A stretch of DNA of 64,000 bases. Origin: Hydrolagus colliei (lineage: Eukaryota). The stretch covers positions 10,664,001 through 10,728,000 of the forward strand of contig CM068758.1 of the NCBI GenBank assembly GCA_035084275.1. The letters are read 5' to 3'. The position numbers and the translations under genes are program-made. Of this stretch, positions 39,224-50,655 are shown in pieces. Numbering within the stretch: the stretch's first letter is position 1; every line of letters starts with the position of its first letter. The notes under the pieces were generated by a model. It did no database searches. It was not told where the DNA came from and worked only from the letters and a program-made list of their open reading frames with translations.

Positions 39224-39749
39224 GTAAGGAGATCCATGCTCCAATTCAAAGCTGTCTGATTCAAAGCGGTTTCGAATCTGTCCGAGCGATCTGCTTGACA
39301 ATCGGTAGCGAAAATGATATGATCTTTTCCAACCATTGCCAATGAGGAATCAAGCTTGTCCCTATTAGGCTATTTTGTTATCTATGACATAGAGTCCTGC
39401 AACAACCTTGCATTGGTATTTGAAAGGCACGTGTTAATGGAATGCTGCTGAAAAAATAGATCTGCTTCTCGCAAATTCTAAAGTGGAGCACTGCAGTCGT
39501 GCCCTCTGGAAATAATTGAAAACTACAACTTTTTTTTCCTGTTAATTTCTCTTTCCCACTCTATCTCCTACCATGTTTTGTGCTCATGAAGTTGGGCTCT
39601 ACCCACAGTGAATGGAACACTTTTCCTCTTTTAGTAACAATTCCAAATAGCCTCTGATCAGCTGGAAAACTTTGATGACACAATAAGAAGTGGCTTCACT
39701 TTAGTGATATCTATGCATAGAACAGACTGTAGCCTGATTAAGTTCCATT

Positions 39750-39822
39750 ACTGTGAAGCGCTCTGAGATGCCGTCCAGTGTGGAGGGCGCTATATAAATC
39801 CAAGTTGTTGTTGTTACTGTTG
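39750..39822 (+). mobile_element. L2 (subfamily B) 3' tail just upstream of exon 3
   Basis: ctgtgaagcgctctgagatgccgtccagtgtggagggcgctatataaatccaag(ttg)n. Confidence 0.7.
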
Positions 39823-39874
39823 TATTTTGTGGTTATATCTACGTGCTAAATTGATCTTTTGTGTTTAAAACAAG

Positions 39875-39981
39875 GTATGTTATTCCATCCCTTCAACGTT
39901 CGGACACTGGGTTTTACCAGTGTGTGGTGCGGAACAGACGGGGAACACTTTTGCAGAGGAAGATTGAAGTACAAGTAGCAT
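39875..39981 (+). CDS. SDK1: Sidekick-1 internal coding exon (probable exon 3)
   Basis: aaacaag|gtatgtt ... gtagcat|gtaagt; 107 nt; phase continues the previous exon (AA|G = K). Translates [35 protein letters not shown], including the Ig DxGxYxC motif. Confidence 0.95.
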
Positions 39982-40574
39982 GTAAGTTGAAAACCATGCC
40001 ATTATATTCAGTTTCTAACTCCAGGCTAAAAGTGTCATATTTTCATATTTCATATTTCATTATTGTCATATTTTCAGTTTCATATTTTACTAACCGTGCC
40101 ATCAAAAACAATTAACTCTACAAATAAACTGATTGTTTGGTGTTATCACCTGGCATTAGAAACATTTTAATAGTAGTAATAATAATAATCCTTGCATTTT
40201 GACATAGCATTTTACACATCTTTGAGATGTCTCAAAGCACTTAATAGAATATACTGCTAAGTGAAGTGACTGTATTTTGGGGGGGCAAAACCAGACAGCC
40301 AATTATGCACTTCAGTGTCCCACAAACAATCGTGGGCTGAAGTGACCAATTTTTGTATTTTTTTGAGGGATTATTAGTATAGGAAAAAAACTTTTACTAT
40401 CAGTGTTTAGATAAAATAATGTACCAGAACCTCGTCAAGAAAAAAACTATTATTTGATGACTTACTTTTCCTTCAGGACTAGCTGGTTACCAGAGTCAAA
40501 TTTCAACCACACATTGATTGTTTCACTTGCATGAGTACTTTCCTGGCTCAACTCTTAATGGCTGAACAAGAATA

Positions 40575-40877
40575 TACCCAACTTCATAAATGTTGTTGGT
40601 GGAAACGCTGCTTCAGTGAGCGAGCAGTAAATGTATGGAACAGGCATTTATGGGGACACAGTGGGAGCAGAAAGTGTTGATTCCTTCAAGATCAAATTAG
40701 ATTTCTGTTAGGAAATAATACCTTGGGATACAATATTTAGTTTGATATATATGCATATATCTATATATATAGTTCGACATGTGCATGCGACTGCCAGGAT
40801 GGTGGAAGGGGAAGGCGAACCGGATGGAATTGGGATTTCTTTTGTTTAGCAAATTTTTATCTTCTTATGTTCCTATT
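40575..40877 (+). mobile_element. Old CR1 3' end
   Basis: Degenerate ..cagtgagcgagcagtaaatgtatggaac..ttccttcaagatcaaattagat..ggatgg..ttcttatgttcctat tail. A related tail lies at 58825-58921. Confidence 0.6.
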
Positions 40878-42774
40878 GAAGTGTCAAACTTATTGGCCAT
40901 TTTACTGGTGGTGCGAAACGTCTGGAACAACGACTGTCGTACTATATGGCTTGGTGTTTAGTTTATAAATTCTGTTTTATGTTGTCTCAATCTGTCCTCA
41001 CTGAATGTCAGTGTTTTATCTATTCTTTGTGTAATCTCTGAACCCAAAATGCACTGGACTGATCTGCTGACAGACCTCCACAAGCGACACTAAATCTGCC
41101 CCAAGGTTCAACTGGCGTTACTTGATGCTTTCTTGGGCTCTTTTGCATTTGACATTTCTAAATCCAGCTACGATAGATGCTGGTCAATGGGAGTCAGGCC
41201 TGATAAAGACTGATGTGGCTCGATGAACTGGATTAACTTCTTTCAGCCATCAGCTCACTCGCTCCTCAGTTGTTTCTCAGATGGGATACTCTGCTGTGTG
41301 GTGTGAACTGGAAACACTCATTATAAGTAGTTCAGCCCGATTGGAATAGTGGACTGCGATCAGATTGAATTTCACATTGTGAATTTAACAAAATCCAATC
41401 TCTAATGCTTTCCCTTTCACAATTAATATAATTTCATTGCAAAGTATTCTGAACAATCTTTTATATGCTCCAATCAATTCCATTCAGTAATGCGCTTTAT
41501 CTTTTTTGTATTTAGCTTTGACGATGATCCCTTTGTCATTTGACAGATCAGTCACACGCTTCAGTGATTTATACTGATAAATATAAAGCAATCAGATCTA
41601 TCATTTATTTCAACTTCAGCACTGATCGGTTTACTTACAACCACTACACTCTTGAAGTACATAATCTTGTCCGATTTCAGAAAATAAGGTATTGCTGGAA
41701 TAGATGTAATTTCTTTTGACTGCGAGCATCCTATCCATTTCTGCAGTGTTTGCACCTGCTGAGCATCTAATTAATCTACGAACCCCCCAGCCTTGTTTGA
41801 ACAGGTTTTGGGGTTATTTAATTTAGGAAGTGTCATATTGTTTGTGGCATTCTATTAATAAGCACGTTAAAATGATGCTAAATGTTCAACATTGCAACAA
41901 ATCAAACCAAATATATTCTTTTAAAAAAAATCAAACGCTTCACTTTGGAGGACTCTAATCTCTAAAACCATTTTCAATAAAGATGTTCATTCAAATGAAA
42001 GACAAACAGATCTAAATCATACCAACTAATCTGGGAGAGATAGGGCAATCACAACCTCTATTTATTTCCATCCAAACACTGAACCAAACCTGTTATCAGC
42101 TTTAAACGTCCTTTTGCCTGCCCACCAAATCATCCATTAATTTGGTCACTAGGGAAAAGAATTGCTGACCAATTGTAATGTGGACACAGGGGGAATGTTA
42201 TAGGAAGAAGCTAAATAGTCTTGTGTATACAATTACAGGTGGAGATGATTACCAATGGTGTCAAATGATTTATAACTTGACTTGTTTTGTGTGTAACCGT
42301 CAAAAATGCTAATAGTTTTGTGCATTCATTGGATGGTTCTTATTTCACATTCCATGATGTGGGCTCTCAGCAAATTACATTTTCAGGAGAATTTCTTCCT
42401 AGATTGAATGCAACAATTTTCTTCAAAGGCAACCCAATGAAGGTTTAAAATCTACGCCCGCTCTGGAGTCCAACATTGCACCGCAATTGGCGGATTTAAT
42501 TCCAAACCATTTCCCAAGGTTGCCGTTATGCAAATGTAACCTCTTAAGAGTCGATTGGGAGTGCGTTCTGAAATCTCTCCACACTTCCAAACAGTAGGAA
42601 TATTAGCGAGTTTTTCACTGATGTGTTTCTACATTATATCTGCATGACTTATTTCAACTGATCTTAGATTAGGGTTTGAAGATTGGCTCCGATTCCCCAG
42701 CTCCTTAGAAACATCAAGGGCAGATTGTATGAGGTTGCACTGTAATTTACTTGACCGGGCTGAAAATGGGTGTG

Positions 42775-43200
42775 AAGCCTTCACGTCCTTGCCCTACCCT
42801 ACATCCGCGACCTCCTAACCCCCTACCAACCTGCCCGCCCCCTCTGCTCAGCAGGTTCCAGCCTGCTCCATGTCCCCCAACCCACCCGCCCCACCATTGG
42901 TGGGCGAGCCTTTACCCATTCTGCCCCCAACCTCTGAAACTCCATTCCACAGTCCTCCCGCCTCACCCCTTCCCTGGCCTCCTTCGAGTCTCGCCTCAAG
43001 ACCCTCCTCTTCAACGGCCCCATTGGCTACTCCAAATCCCACCCCCCCTTTCCCTCCACCCTCCCTGTCTACAGCTCGGGTCTGAAACAATAACTGCCCA
43101 ATGCCTTGGGACGTCCTCCTGATGTGAACAACAATGACAACAACTTCGATTTAGATAGCGCCCTCCACCCCGGACGGCATCTCAGGGAGCTTCAAAAAGT
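42775..43200. mobile_element. L2 3' fragment (+, ~42775-43125) tail-to-tail with an L2 tail (-, ~43128-43200)
   Basis: ccaccattggtgggcgagcctttacc..ctctgaaactccattcc..ctcaagaccctcctcttcaac..gccttgggacgtcctcctgatgtgaa, then the reverse-strand tail (aac)n ttcgatttagatagcgccctccac. Confidence 0.75.
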
Positions 43201-43836
43201 GAAAGCCATTAAACAACTGTAATTTTTTGTTGTTGTTAACTTAAATAAATGCAAGTGGGAGTGCTTCCCATTGAAAGTTATTGGGGAGCAAAACCTGCTT
43301 TAAAAATATATCACATCTGTAGAAGGAATTCTCACTTTAGACCACTCACAGCTGTTTGCCCAGTCTGCTGACAGTTTATATGGAGGTGCATTATACAGCA
43401 TTTTGTTTTAATTCAACAGCAACTTGCGTTTATATATAGCACTCCTCATGTGAGGTAGTGTCTTTGAGTGCTGAATATGAATATTTTAACAGAGCGTTTT
43501 TGCGCGATGAGTTTTCATCTGAACCTGGATAAACAGGGCAGGGGTGAGTGTGCAAGAACCTACCTGACGTTCTTCTATATCTACTGGATTAATTTTAATG
43601 ATAGACCTTCACGGTTTGGTGAACCCTGGAAAGGTGAACGTTCTTCACTCCCGTGTGAGTAACCTGACACCTAGCTCAACGCAGAATCCTTCAACGGTTG
43701 TGTAGTCCTGAGGTATATCAGTGCAGACAGCGGTGTGTTATGCACTGCTAATTTCTGTTCCCTAATTCTTTATTCATAGGAATGTGTCGGATCACGATAT
43801 GCTGGTAATTGAACCTTTTTTTTTATTGTTCTGCAG

Positions 43837-43984
43837 ACATGGGGAACTTTGAAGAGAAAGATCAACGATTAACAGTGGTGCAGGGTCAGGCTGCAGTACT
43901 GAAATCTCCAGCGATTAACAGCAACCCTCAGCCGCAAATGACATGGTTCCGTGATGGCCAAAAGATCATCCCCAGCAACAGAAT
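43837..43984 (+). CDS. SDK1: Sidekick-1 internal coding exon (probable exon 4, start of Ig domain 2)
   Basis: ttttattgttctgcag|ac ... agaat|gtaagc; 148 nt; T|AC = Y, then MGNFEEKDQRLTVVQGQAAVLKSPAINSNPQPQMTWFRDGQKIIPSNR(I). Not listed in the supplied ORF track; found by reading the sequence. Confidence 0.93.
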
Positions 43985-44309
43985 GTAAGCGATCCTCAGC
44001 ACAAGAGAGAATGTAGCACAGGCTGTCAGCATCTTAACTTTTAATGCTTCACGGCATTTCGGTGCAAAACTAAAATTGGCAACCAATTGTTCCAGCGTAC
44101 CGGTTCGAGATGTTTCTTGAATAATAATAAGAATAATAATCCTCGCATTTGATCTAGCGACCTTCTGCAGTTGTTGAGACATCTCAAAGCACTTCACAGT
44201 GCAAGTGAAATGACTGTGTATTTTTTGGGCGTAACACAGCAGACAGTTGTGTACAGCAGTGTCCCACAACAAGTGTGCATTGAGTGACCTTATAAAGGGA
44301 TTATTATAT

Positions 44310-44620
44310 CACCCCACCTTTCCCTCCCTCTCCCCCCCCCCCCCCCCCCCCTTACCCTCTTCTCCCCCTTTCTCCCCTGGCCCCATTTCCACGACTGTTT
44401 GTGCATAATTTGGCTGCCGCGTTTCGCCCGCAAATATACAGTCGGTTTTCCTGCTCTCTTTCCCCGTACCCCCCCCACCCCACACCCTCCCCCATCCTGC
44501 CCTGCTCTGGTCCCTATCTCTTTTCCAAGCAAGGGGGAGGGGCAAGATAGTGGAGAGGGAGAGAGTTAGGAGGGGAGGGAGAGAGTTGGGAGGGCAGCAG
44601 AAGGCACGATCTACAGAACT
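44310..44620. mobile_element. Composite: C-rich spacer / SINE core / C-rich spacer (+), adjoining an L2 3' UTR fragment (-)
   Basis: ctttctcccctggccccatttccacgactgtttgtg..ttggctgccgcgtttcgcccgcaaatatacagtcggttttcctgctctc; the same spacers occur at 53030-53165. Confidence 0.6.
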
Positions 44621-45249
44621 CCAATGCATATAATGTGAACAAAGCTTGTCACTATTGTTGTACGACTGAACACTGGCATTGACTTTCATTTGCTGGGGGA
44701 AGAGAAGCAACGTCATTTGTGAATTTAAACCCACCTTACTCCTGATTTCGCACAGAAACAAAGTCATGCCACCAAAAGAAGCAGGGTGAAACGCAGTGAT
44801 GCACGTCTTTAAAGATTTCTGGTTTGTTACCAGTGGGCTAGCTAGCCTCCTGTTGATTGTAAATTTAAATGAAGGCAAAGTAATTACCTGATTTTAGTCA
44901 TTGAGTAAAACATGTTTCCCTTATAAAACAGATTGTTAATGGAAGTACTGCTATTTACAATTAGAGTCATGGGGTGCAGAATACATCAGATGTTTACTCA
45001 CCTATCTAAAATTATTGAAGTGAATCACAGCAATTTGTGAAATGAGTGAATATTTCTTGCAGGTATTTGTGGTTAAATTCTTGCAGCTATTTGTAGTTTA
45101 ATTAAAATCTATTTCAATGTGACCTTGCCATAAATTAAAAATGGATTTTTTTTTTAAAGTACGCATTTCTGCATAAAGAAATGACTAAAGCTAGAGACAG
45201 AGACTTCCAATGTGAAACACCTGACAAATTAAATGGTTTCATGTAGAAT

Positions 45250-45545
45250 AATAATAATAATACTAACCCCTTGCATGTGCACCTTATCATGTTGGAAGAA
45301 CGACTCAAATTGCGTCACAAGAAATTACTGTATCATGGAGAGGCGGTATGTTTGTAAGCAAACGCAGAAGCACAACTGCACACAGTAGTGTTTTACAAAC
45401 CACAGATTGAGTGACCAATTTGGTGGGGGATTGTTGACTGTGTTACCAGAAGAAAGCCCCTTCTCTGTTCGAATAACGCCATGGGAGCTTTAACATCCAC
45501 TGGAACAGGTGCACGGGACCTCGATTTAACATCTCACATAGGACA
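45250..45545 (-). mobile_element. Old DeuSINE
   Basis: gccatgggagctttaacatccac..gggacctcgatttaacatctca is the reverse complement of the Deu domain. Similar relics lie at 24790-24900(-), 48340-48520(-) and 62960-63195(+). Confidence 0.65.
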
Positions 45546-45925
45546 GTAATATAGTAAAATCCACATATTGTACATTTTATCTTCATAAGTTGTAGAATCC
45601 TCTAAGCCATCTATTTATATTAATAATAATAATAATCCTTTCATTTGATGTAGCCTCTTATCACGTCTTCTAAACATCCCAAAGCGTTTCACAGAATTTA
45701 CTGTAAAGTGCTGTATATATGTGGGTGAAATGCGGCATTCAAATGCGCACAGCAGTGTCCCACAAACAGTCGTGGATTGAAATGACCAATTTTTTTTTGT
45801 TGTTTTGGAGGGATTGTTATTAGGCGTGTGTGTGGAGTAAGGAAACTTGCCCGAGGTTTCGCCCTGACTAGGGAACGGCGATATATCGGTATATCGGTAA
45901 AACCCGATATGATTTTCATATCGGT

Positions 45926-46738
45926 ATCATAGAATCATTGAATCATAGAATTTTACGGCACAAAAGGAGGCCATTCGGCCCATCTAGTCTGTGCCGGCTC
46001 TTTGAAAAGAGCGATTCAATCCCATTGCCCTGCCCGCTCCCCATAGCCTAATAGACCCGTTCTCCCTAAATAAAGATCTAATTCCCTTTTAAAAGTTGTT
46101 ATCGAATCAGCCTCCACCACCTTTTCAGGCAATGCATTCCAGATTCGAACAACTCGCTGAGTGAAAAAAATTCTCCTCAGCTCCCCTCTACTGCGCCTTG
46201 AAACTATTTTAAATCTGTGACCACGAGTCACAGATTTACCCACGAGTGGAAATAGTTTTTCTCTATTTGCCCTGTCGAAACCCCTCATGATCTTATAAAC
46301 CTCTATTAGGTCTCCCCTCAATCTTCTCTGCTCCAGAGAGAATAACCCTAGCCTATCTAGCCTCTCCTCATAGCTGAAGTCCCTCAATCCTGGCACCATC
46401 CTAGTAAATCTTCGTTGTACCCTTTCCAATGCCTTCACATCCTTTCTGTAGTGTGGTGACCAGAATTGAACACAGTATTCCAGCTGAGGCCTCACCAAAG
46501 TTTTATAGAGGTTAGTCAGCACTTCCTGACTTTTGTACTCTATACCCCTATTTATAAAGCCTAGTATCCCATATGCCTTCTTAACAGCCTTGTCTACCTG
46601 TCCTGCCACCTTCAACGAGTCACTAACACAAATCCCCAGGTCTCTCTGTTCCTTCACACCATTTAAAATTGTACTATCTAGCCTATATTGCCTCCCTTCA
46701 TTTCTTCTCCCAAAATGCATCACCTCACACTTCTCTGT
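45926..46738 (-). mobile_element. CR1 LINE 3' fragment nested in the hAT element (same subfamily as 33485-35191)
   Basis: Open frame EKCEVMHFGRRNEGRQY...RPQLEYCVQFWSPHY...GYGERAGQWD; (attctatg)n-type tail at ~45926-45950. Confidence 0.95.
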
Positions 46739-46924
46739 GTGCCGATATAGACATTTTAAAAATACCGATATATCGAAAAAACGGTATATCGAGGTAAAAA
46801 ATCGGGATGCGAGCACAATCAACTACAAGACCCAGAATGCTCATCTCTATACACAATGCACAGACCGAGGTGCAAAGCCGCCATCTTGTATTCATAGTCC
46901 TCGAATACAATATACAGGTATGCA

Positions 46925-48050
46925 AGGGGTGGGGGAAGAGAGACGGCTGTGGGTGGGGGGGGGTGAGGCGGAGAGAGACTGCTGGGGGTGGGGGGTGAGG
47001 GGGAGAGAGACTGCTGGGGGGGGGTGAGGGGGAGAGAGACGGCTGGGGGGGGTTGAGAGGGAGAGAGACGGCTGGGGGGAGGGGGAGATAGACAGCTGGG
47101 GGGTGGGAGAGTGGAGAGAGACGGCTGGGGGGGGGGGAGAGGGGGAGAGAGACGGCTGTGGGGGAGAGGGGGAGAGAGATGGCTGGGGGGGAGATGGGGA
47201 GAGAGATGGCTGGGGGGGAGAGAGACGGCTGGGGGGGGGAGAGGGGGAGAGACAGCTGGGGGGGGGAGAGACGGCTGGGGGGGGGAGGAGAGGGGGAGAG
47301 AGACGGCTGGGGGGAGGGGGAGAGAGACGGCTGGGGGGGGAGGGAGAGAGAGACGGCGGGGGGGGGGGAGGAGAGGGGGAGAGAGACGGCTGGGGGGGGA
47401 GGGAGAGAGACGGCGGGGGGGGGGGGGAGGAGAGGGGGAGAGAGACGGCGGGAGGGGGGGGAGGAGAGGGGGAGAGAGACGGCTGGGGAGAGGGGGAGAG
47501 AGACGGCTGGGGGGAGGGGGAGAGAGACGGCTGGGGGGGAGAGGGCGAGAGAGACGGCGGGGTGGGGGGGGAGCGAGAAAGAGACGGCTGGGGGGGTGGT
47601 GGGGGAGAGAGACGGCTGGGGGGGGAGGGAGAGAGAGACGGCGGGGGGGGGGGGGGGAGAGGGGGAGAGAGACGGCGGGTGGGGGTGAGAGGAGAGGGGG
47701 AGAGAGATGGCGGGGTGGGGGGGGAGGAGAGGGGGAGAGAGACGGCTGGGGACAGGGGGAGAGAGACGGCTGGGGGGAGGGGGAGAGAGACAGCTGGGGG
47801 GGAGAGGGCGAGAGAGACGGCGGGGTGGGGGGGGAGCGAGAAAGAGACGGCTGGGGGGGTGGTGTGGGAGAGAGACGATGGGGGTGGGGGGTGCGAGAGA
47901 GGGACGGCGGGGGGGGGGGGAGAGACGGGGTGGATGTGATAATATACAGATAGATAGGGATGGGGGGGGATGTGAGAGAGGGAGAGAGACATAGAGAGAC
48001 ACAGACAGAAAAACACAGAGATGGAGAGAGTGAGAGACACAGAGAGAGAA
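46925..48050. repeat. G-rich minisatellite (variable unit ~GGGGGAGAGAGACGGCTGGGGGGG) inside the hAT element
   Basis: Dozens of GAGAGACGGC(T/G) cores separated by G runs, with higher-order repetition; source of the Pro/Ser-rich and Gly/Arg-rich spurious ORFs. Confidence 0.95.
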
Positions 48051-49693
48051 AGATATTTACCTCCTGAGAAGATAGGCCCCGAATGCGCGCGCACCCGGAA
48101 TGCGCGCGTGCATGCGCAGTACGAAAAAACGGAAAATATCGGTATTTCGGTATATCTCGATATGAGCCAACCGATATATCCATATCCGGAAAATTCCCAT
48201 ATCGCCGTTCCCTAGCCCTGCCCTGCCTGGATTCGAACACAGGTCTCAAGCTTGTAAGGCGAGTGCACTGAGCTACAGGATACCACCCATTTCCCATAGT
48301 CATTTCAAGTCCCATTCCGTCTCCTATTTTATTTGCAGGGTTTTGGCTCAGGACACTGGGAAAATACTCCCTGTTTTGTTCCCAATAGTAAGATGGAATT
48401 TGTAATGTCCACCTCAAAAAGCCTTGGTTGAGGTTTAACATGTCATCCGAAAAATAGCACCTCAGACAATGCAACCTTCTCAGCCTTGCATTAGATTAGA
48501 GTGTCAGATTAGACTGTGCTGACAGAGAGTGATTAGATAATGTATATACTGTATTTGGAATGCCAGTAATTTAACTGCTCACCAGTTGCCAAGCAGATAA
48601 TATAGATTGTAGTTACAATAGTTATAGGAGTGGATAACATTACTTTGTACATTCAAACTTAGGTTTAATGTGGTATTGTGGTAATGTTTACTGTCAGGAA
48701 ATTCATAACAGCAAATTGCTTTAGTTATCTATTTAGATCTAGTTAATTTCCATAAGTCTACATCTCTTGATAATTCAGAAGCCTTGCTCAACACTTCGCG
48801 AAACTGTATTTACCCAGATAATGAACATCTCTCAAAGGAGAAGTGTTCATTATCATGTTTTTCTTGTATTTGACTGAACAATATTGATGTAAATGGTGGG
48901 TCATGTATTGGGGATGTACCGCAAACTTCTCTCATTAAAAAAAGACATTCATTTCCCCGTTCAGGGTTCCTCTGACAATCCTGGTTGATGATGGGAGCGT
49001 TGAGCGGTTTGAGATGCCTTTCTCTCAGTTTTCCATCCCTACCTTTGGGACATGTGCATGCAACTGTCAGGAAGGCGAACTAGGTGGACCTTTGCCTTTT
49101 TCGTCGGGCATTTATTTTGTTCTTATGAAGTGCCTGTGGCCCCTACAGATGGTTATCGCTGAGGTTAAGAACTCATATGTTGAAGCACAAACAGGGACCA
49201 GATCTCTACCACTCCACTGCACAGCAGGCAGTGTACTAAGCTGCTTTGTCATTAACGAAGCTCAGTCCATAATATCCAAATATTTAATCCTTACCTCAAA
49301 ACAATCTAAGCTTCCATTTAAGTGAACCTTTTTATTAAGAATTTCATGGCACATGGGTCTGAGATCCATAAAAAGCTACTTAAAATCTTCATCATTTCAT
49401 AAAAATTAAGAGAAGGAATTTCTCGCAACCCACATAAATGATTTGTAAAATCGGTTTAATTTTCCACATGAATGTGTTTGACTATGAATACAGTTCTAGA
49501 CTCTGAACAGAGCTTGGACTTTGATGTAGGAACATTTATTGTCTCTGCGAATTGCTTCCTAAATGATTGCTCTTTCCAGTTACCTCTGCAGGAATAGGGA
49601 GACATGTTTCTGAATGTTGACTTTTTATCTAATGGACACTTTAGTATGGTGAGCAGCTTTATTGATCTCAGGGAAAAGAGATGTGGGCTCTCC

Positions 49694-49972
49694 ATAATAA
49701 TAATAAGCCTTGCATTTGTTATAGATCTTGATCATGTCTGTGAGACGCCACAAAACACTTCACAGAAAACACTGTAAAGTGAATTGACTATATATTTTGT
49801 GGGCGAAATGCAGCAGCCAATTGCACACAGCAGTGTGCCACAAGCAGTCATGGATTGAACGACCAAGTGATTTTTTATTATTTTTAAGGGAACTTTTCGC
49901 CCTATCCGGGAATCAAATTCAGGTCCTCTCACTTGCGAGGCAAGTGCTCTAACTACTAAGCTACAGGACTCC
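49694..49972 (-). mobile_element. tRNA-derived SINE with an internal deletion
   Basis: On the - strand: ggagtcctgtagcttagtagttagagcacttgcc head, core and tail. Confidence 0.85.
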
Positions 49973-50444
49973 ATGGGTATCTTAATAGTTTTGGAGCTCA
50001 GACAGAACTCAGAGGAAGGGGCAACACACACCACAAGCTACACCAATTCATTAAGTCCGGCTTAATTTGAAGCTTGGTGGCTAGTATTTAGGATTTTGGA
50101 GAGAGGCAGGTGGTGACCTGGTACACGTCAAGTAGGTCTTATTCCTGTTTGCTTTGAGGATATTTGCCTCAGTTGAGGTGATTTGAATGAGTTTACTTTC
50201 TGTAAATTGTCCATTAAAACCTATTTTGAAAGTCCTCTGATTATCCCAATTCATAGAGATGATGAATACAATTGTTTAAATGCACCTCATCGCTAAATTC
50301 ACACCAATTTCTTGCTGCTTTCTCCCTTTCCTCAGCTTGTGTGTCCAGCCCTTTTGTCCCCTCCGCCCAAGACCAGAGCTGCCTGCTTGCTGCCTTCCCC
50401 TAGTGCCATGGTTTATATGTGAAACAGAGTGATTCTAACCTGAA

Positions 50445-50655
50445 TACAACAATAACAAATTAGGTTTGTATAGCGCCTTTCATGTCTAGAGGATGTCCCA
50501 AGTCTCTGGACATTGGCGGAGTCTGACACCGAACCCACAGTAAGCATGATCAAAATGGAAGGCGGGATTTGAAATTTGGGAAGGAGGGGGTAAGGCGGAG
50601 GGATTCTGAGAGAGAATTCCAGAGTGTTGTGGCATAGTAGCTCAAGGCACAGCCA
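50445..50655 (-). mobile_element. L2 3' fragment
   Basis: (aac)n..gtatagcgcctttcatgtc..gatgtcccaag..gagagaattccagagtg..gctcaaggcacagcc. Confidence 0.65.

Larger units (their letters stand above)
45869..48214. mobile_element. Non-autonomous hAT (Ac-like) DNA transposon
   Basis: Perfect 16-bp TIRs TAGGGAACGGCGATAT; 8-bp TSD gccctgac (45861-45868) / gccctgcc (48215-48222); subterminal ATATCGG/CCGATAT repeats at both ends. Confidence 0.92.
45621..48284 (-). mobile_element. tRNA-derived SINE split by a hAT insertion (parts 45621-45868 and 48215-48284)
   Basis: ggtttcgccctgac [insert] gccctgccctgcctggattcgaacacaggtctc..gagctacagga rejoins into the SINE consensus. Confidence 0.9.

Noticed and set aside
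39064-43984. Assignment to SDK2 or DSCAM
   Set aside because: Diagnostic residues (EPGxPQ, CLAEG, EYKY.IPSLQ, KIIPSNR) fit SDK1 better as recalled; a phylogeny or synteny check would be decisive.
46925-48050. Repeat-spacer-like periodicity suggesting a CRISPR array
   Set aside because: The spacers are G homopolymers rather than unique sequence, there are no cas genes, and the context is a vertebrate intron.
46725-48474. Long Pro/Ser-rich and Gly/Arg/Glu-rich ORFs (up to 551 aa) in multiple frames on both strands
   Set aside because: Translations of a stop-poor G/C minisatellite inside a hAT element; open in many frames, with no domain signature.
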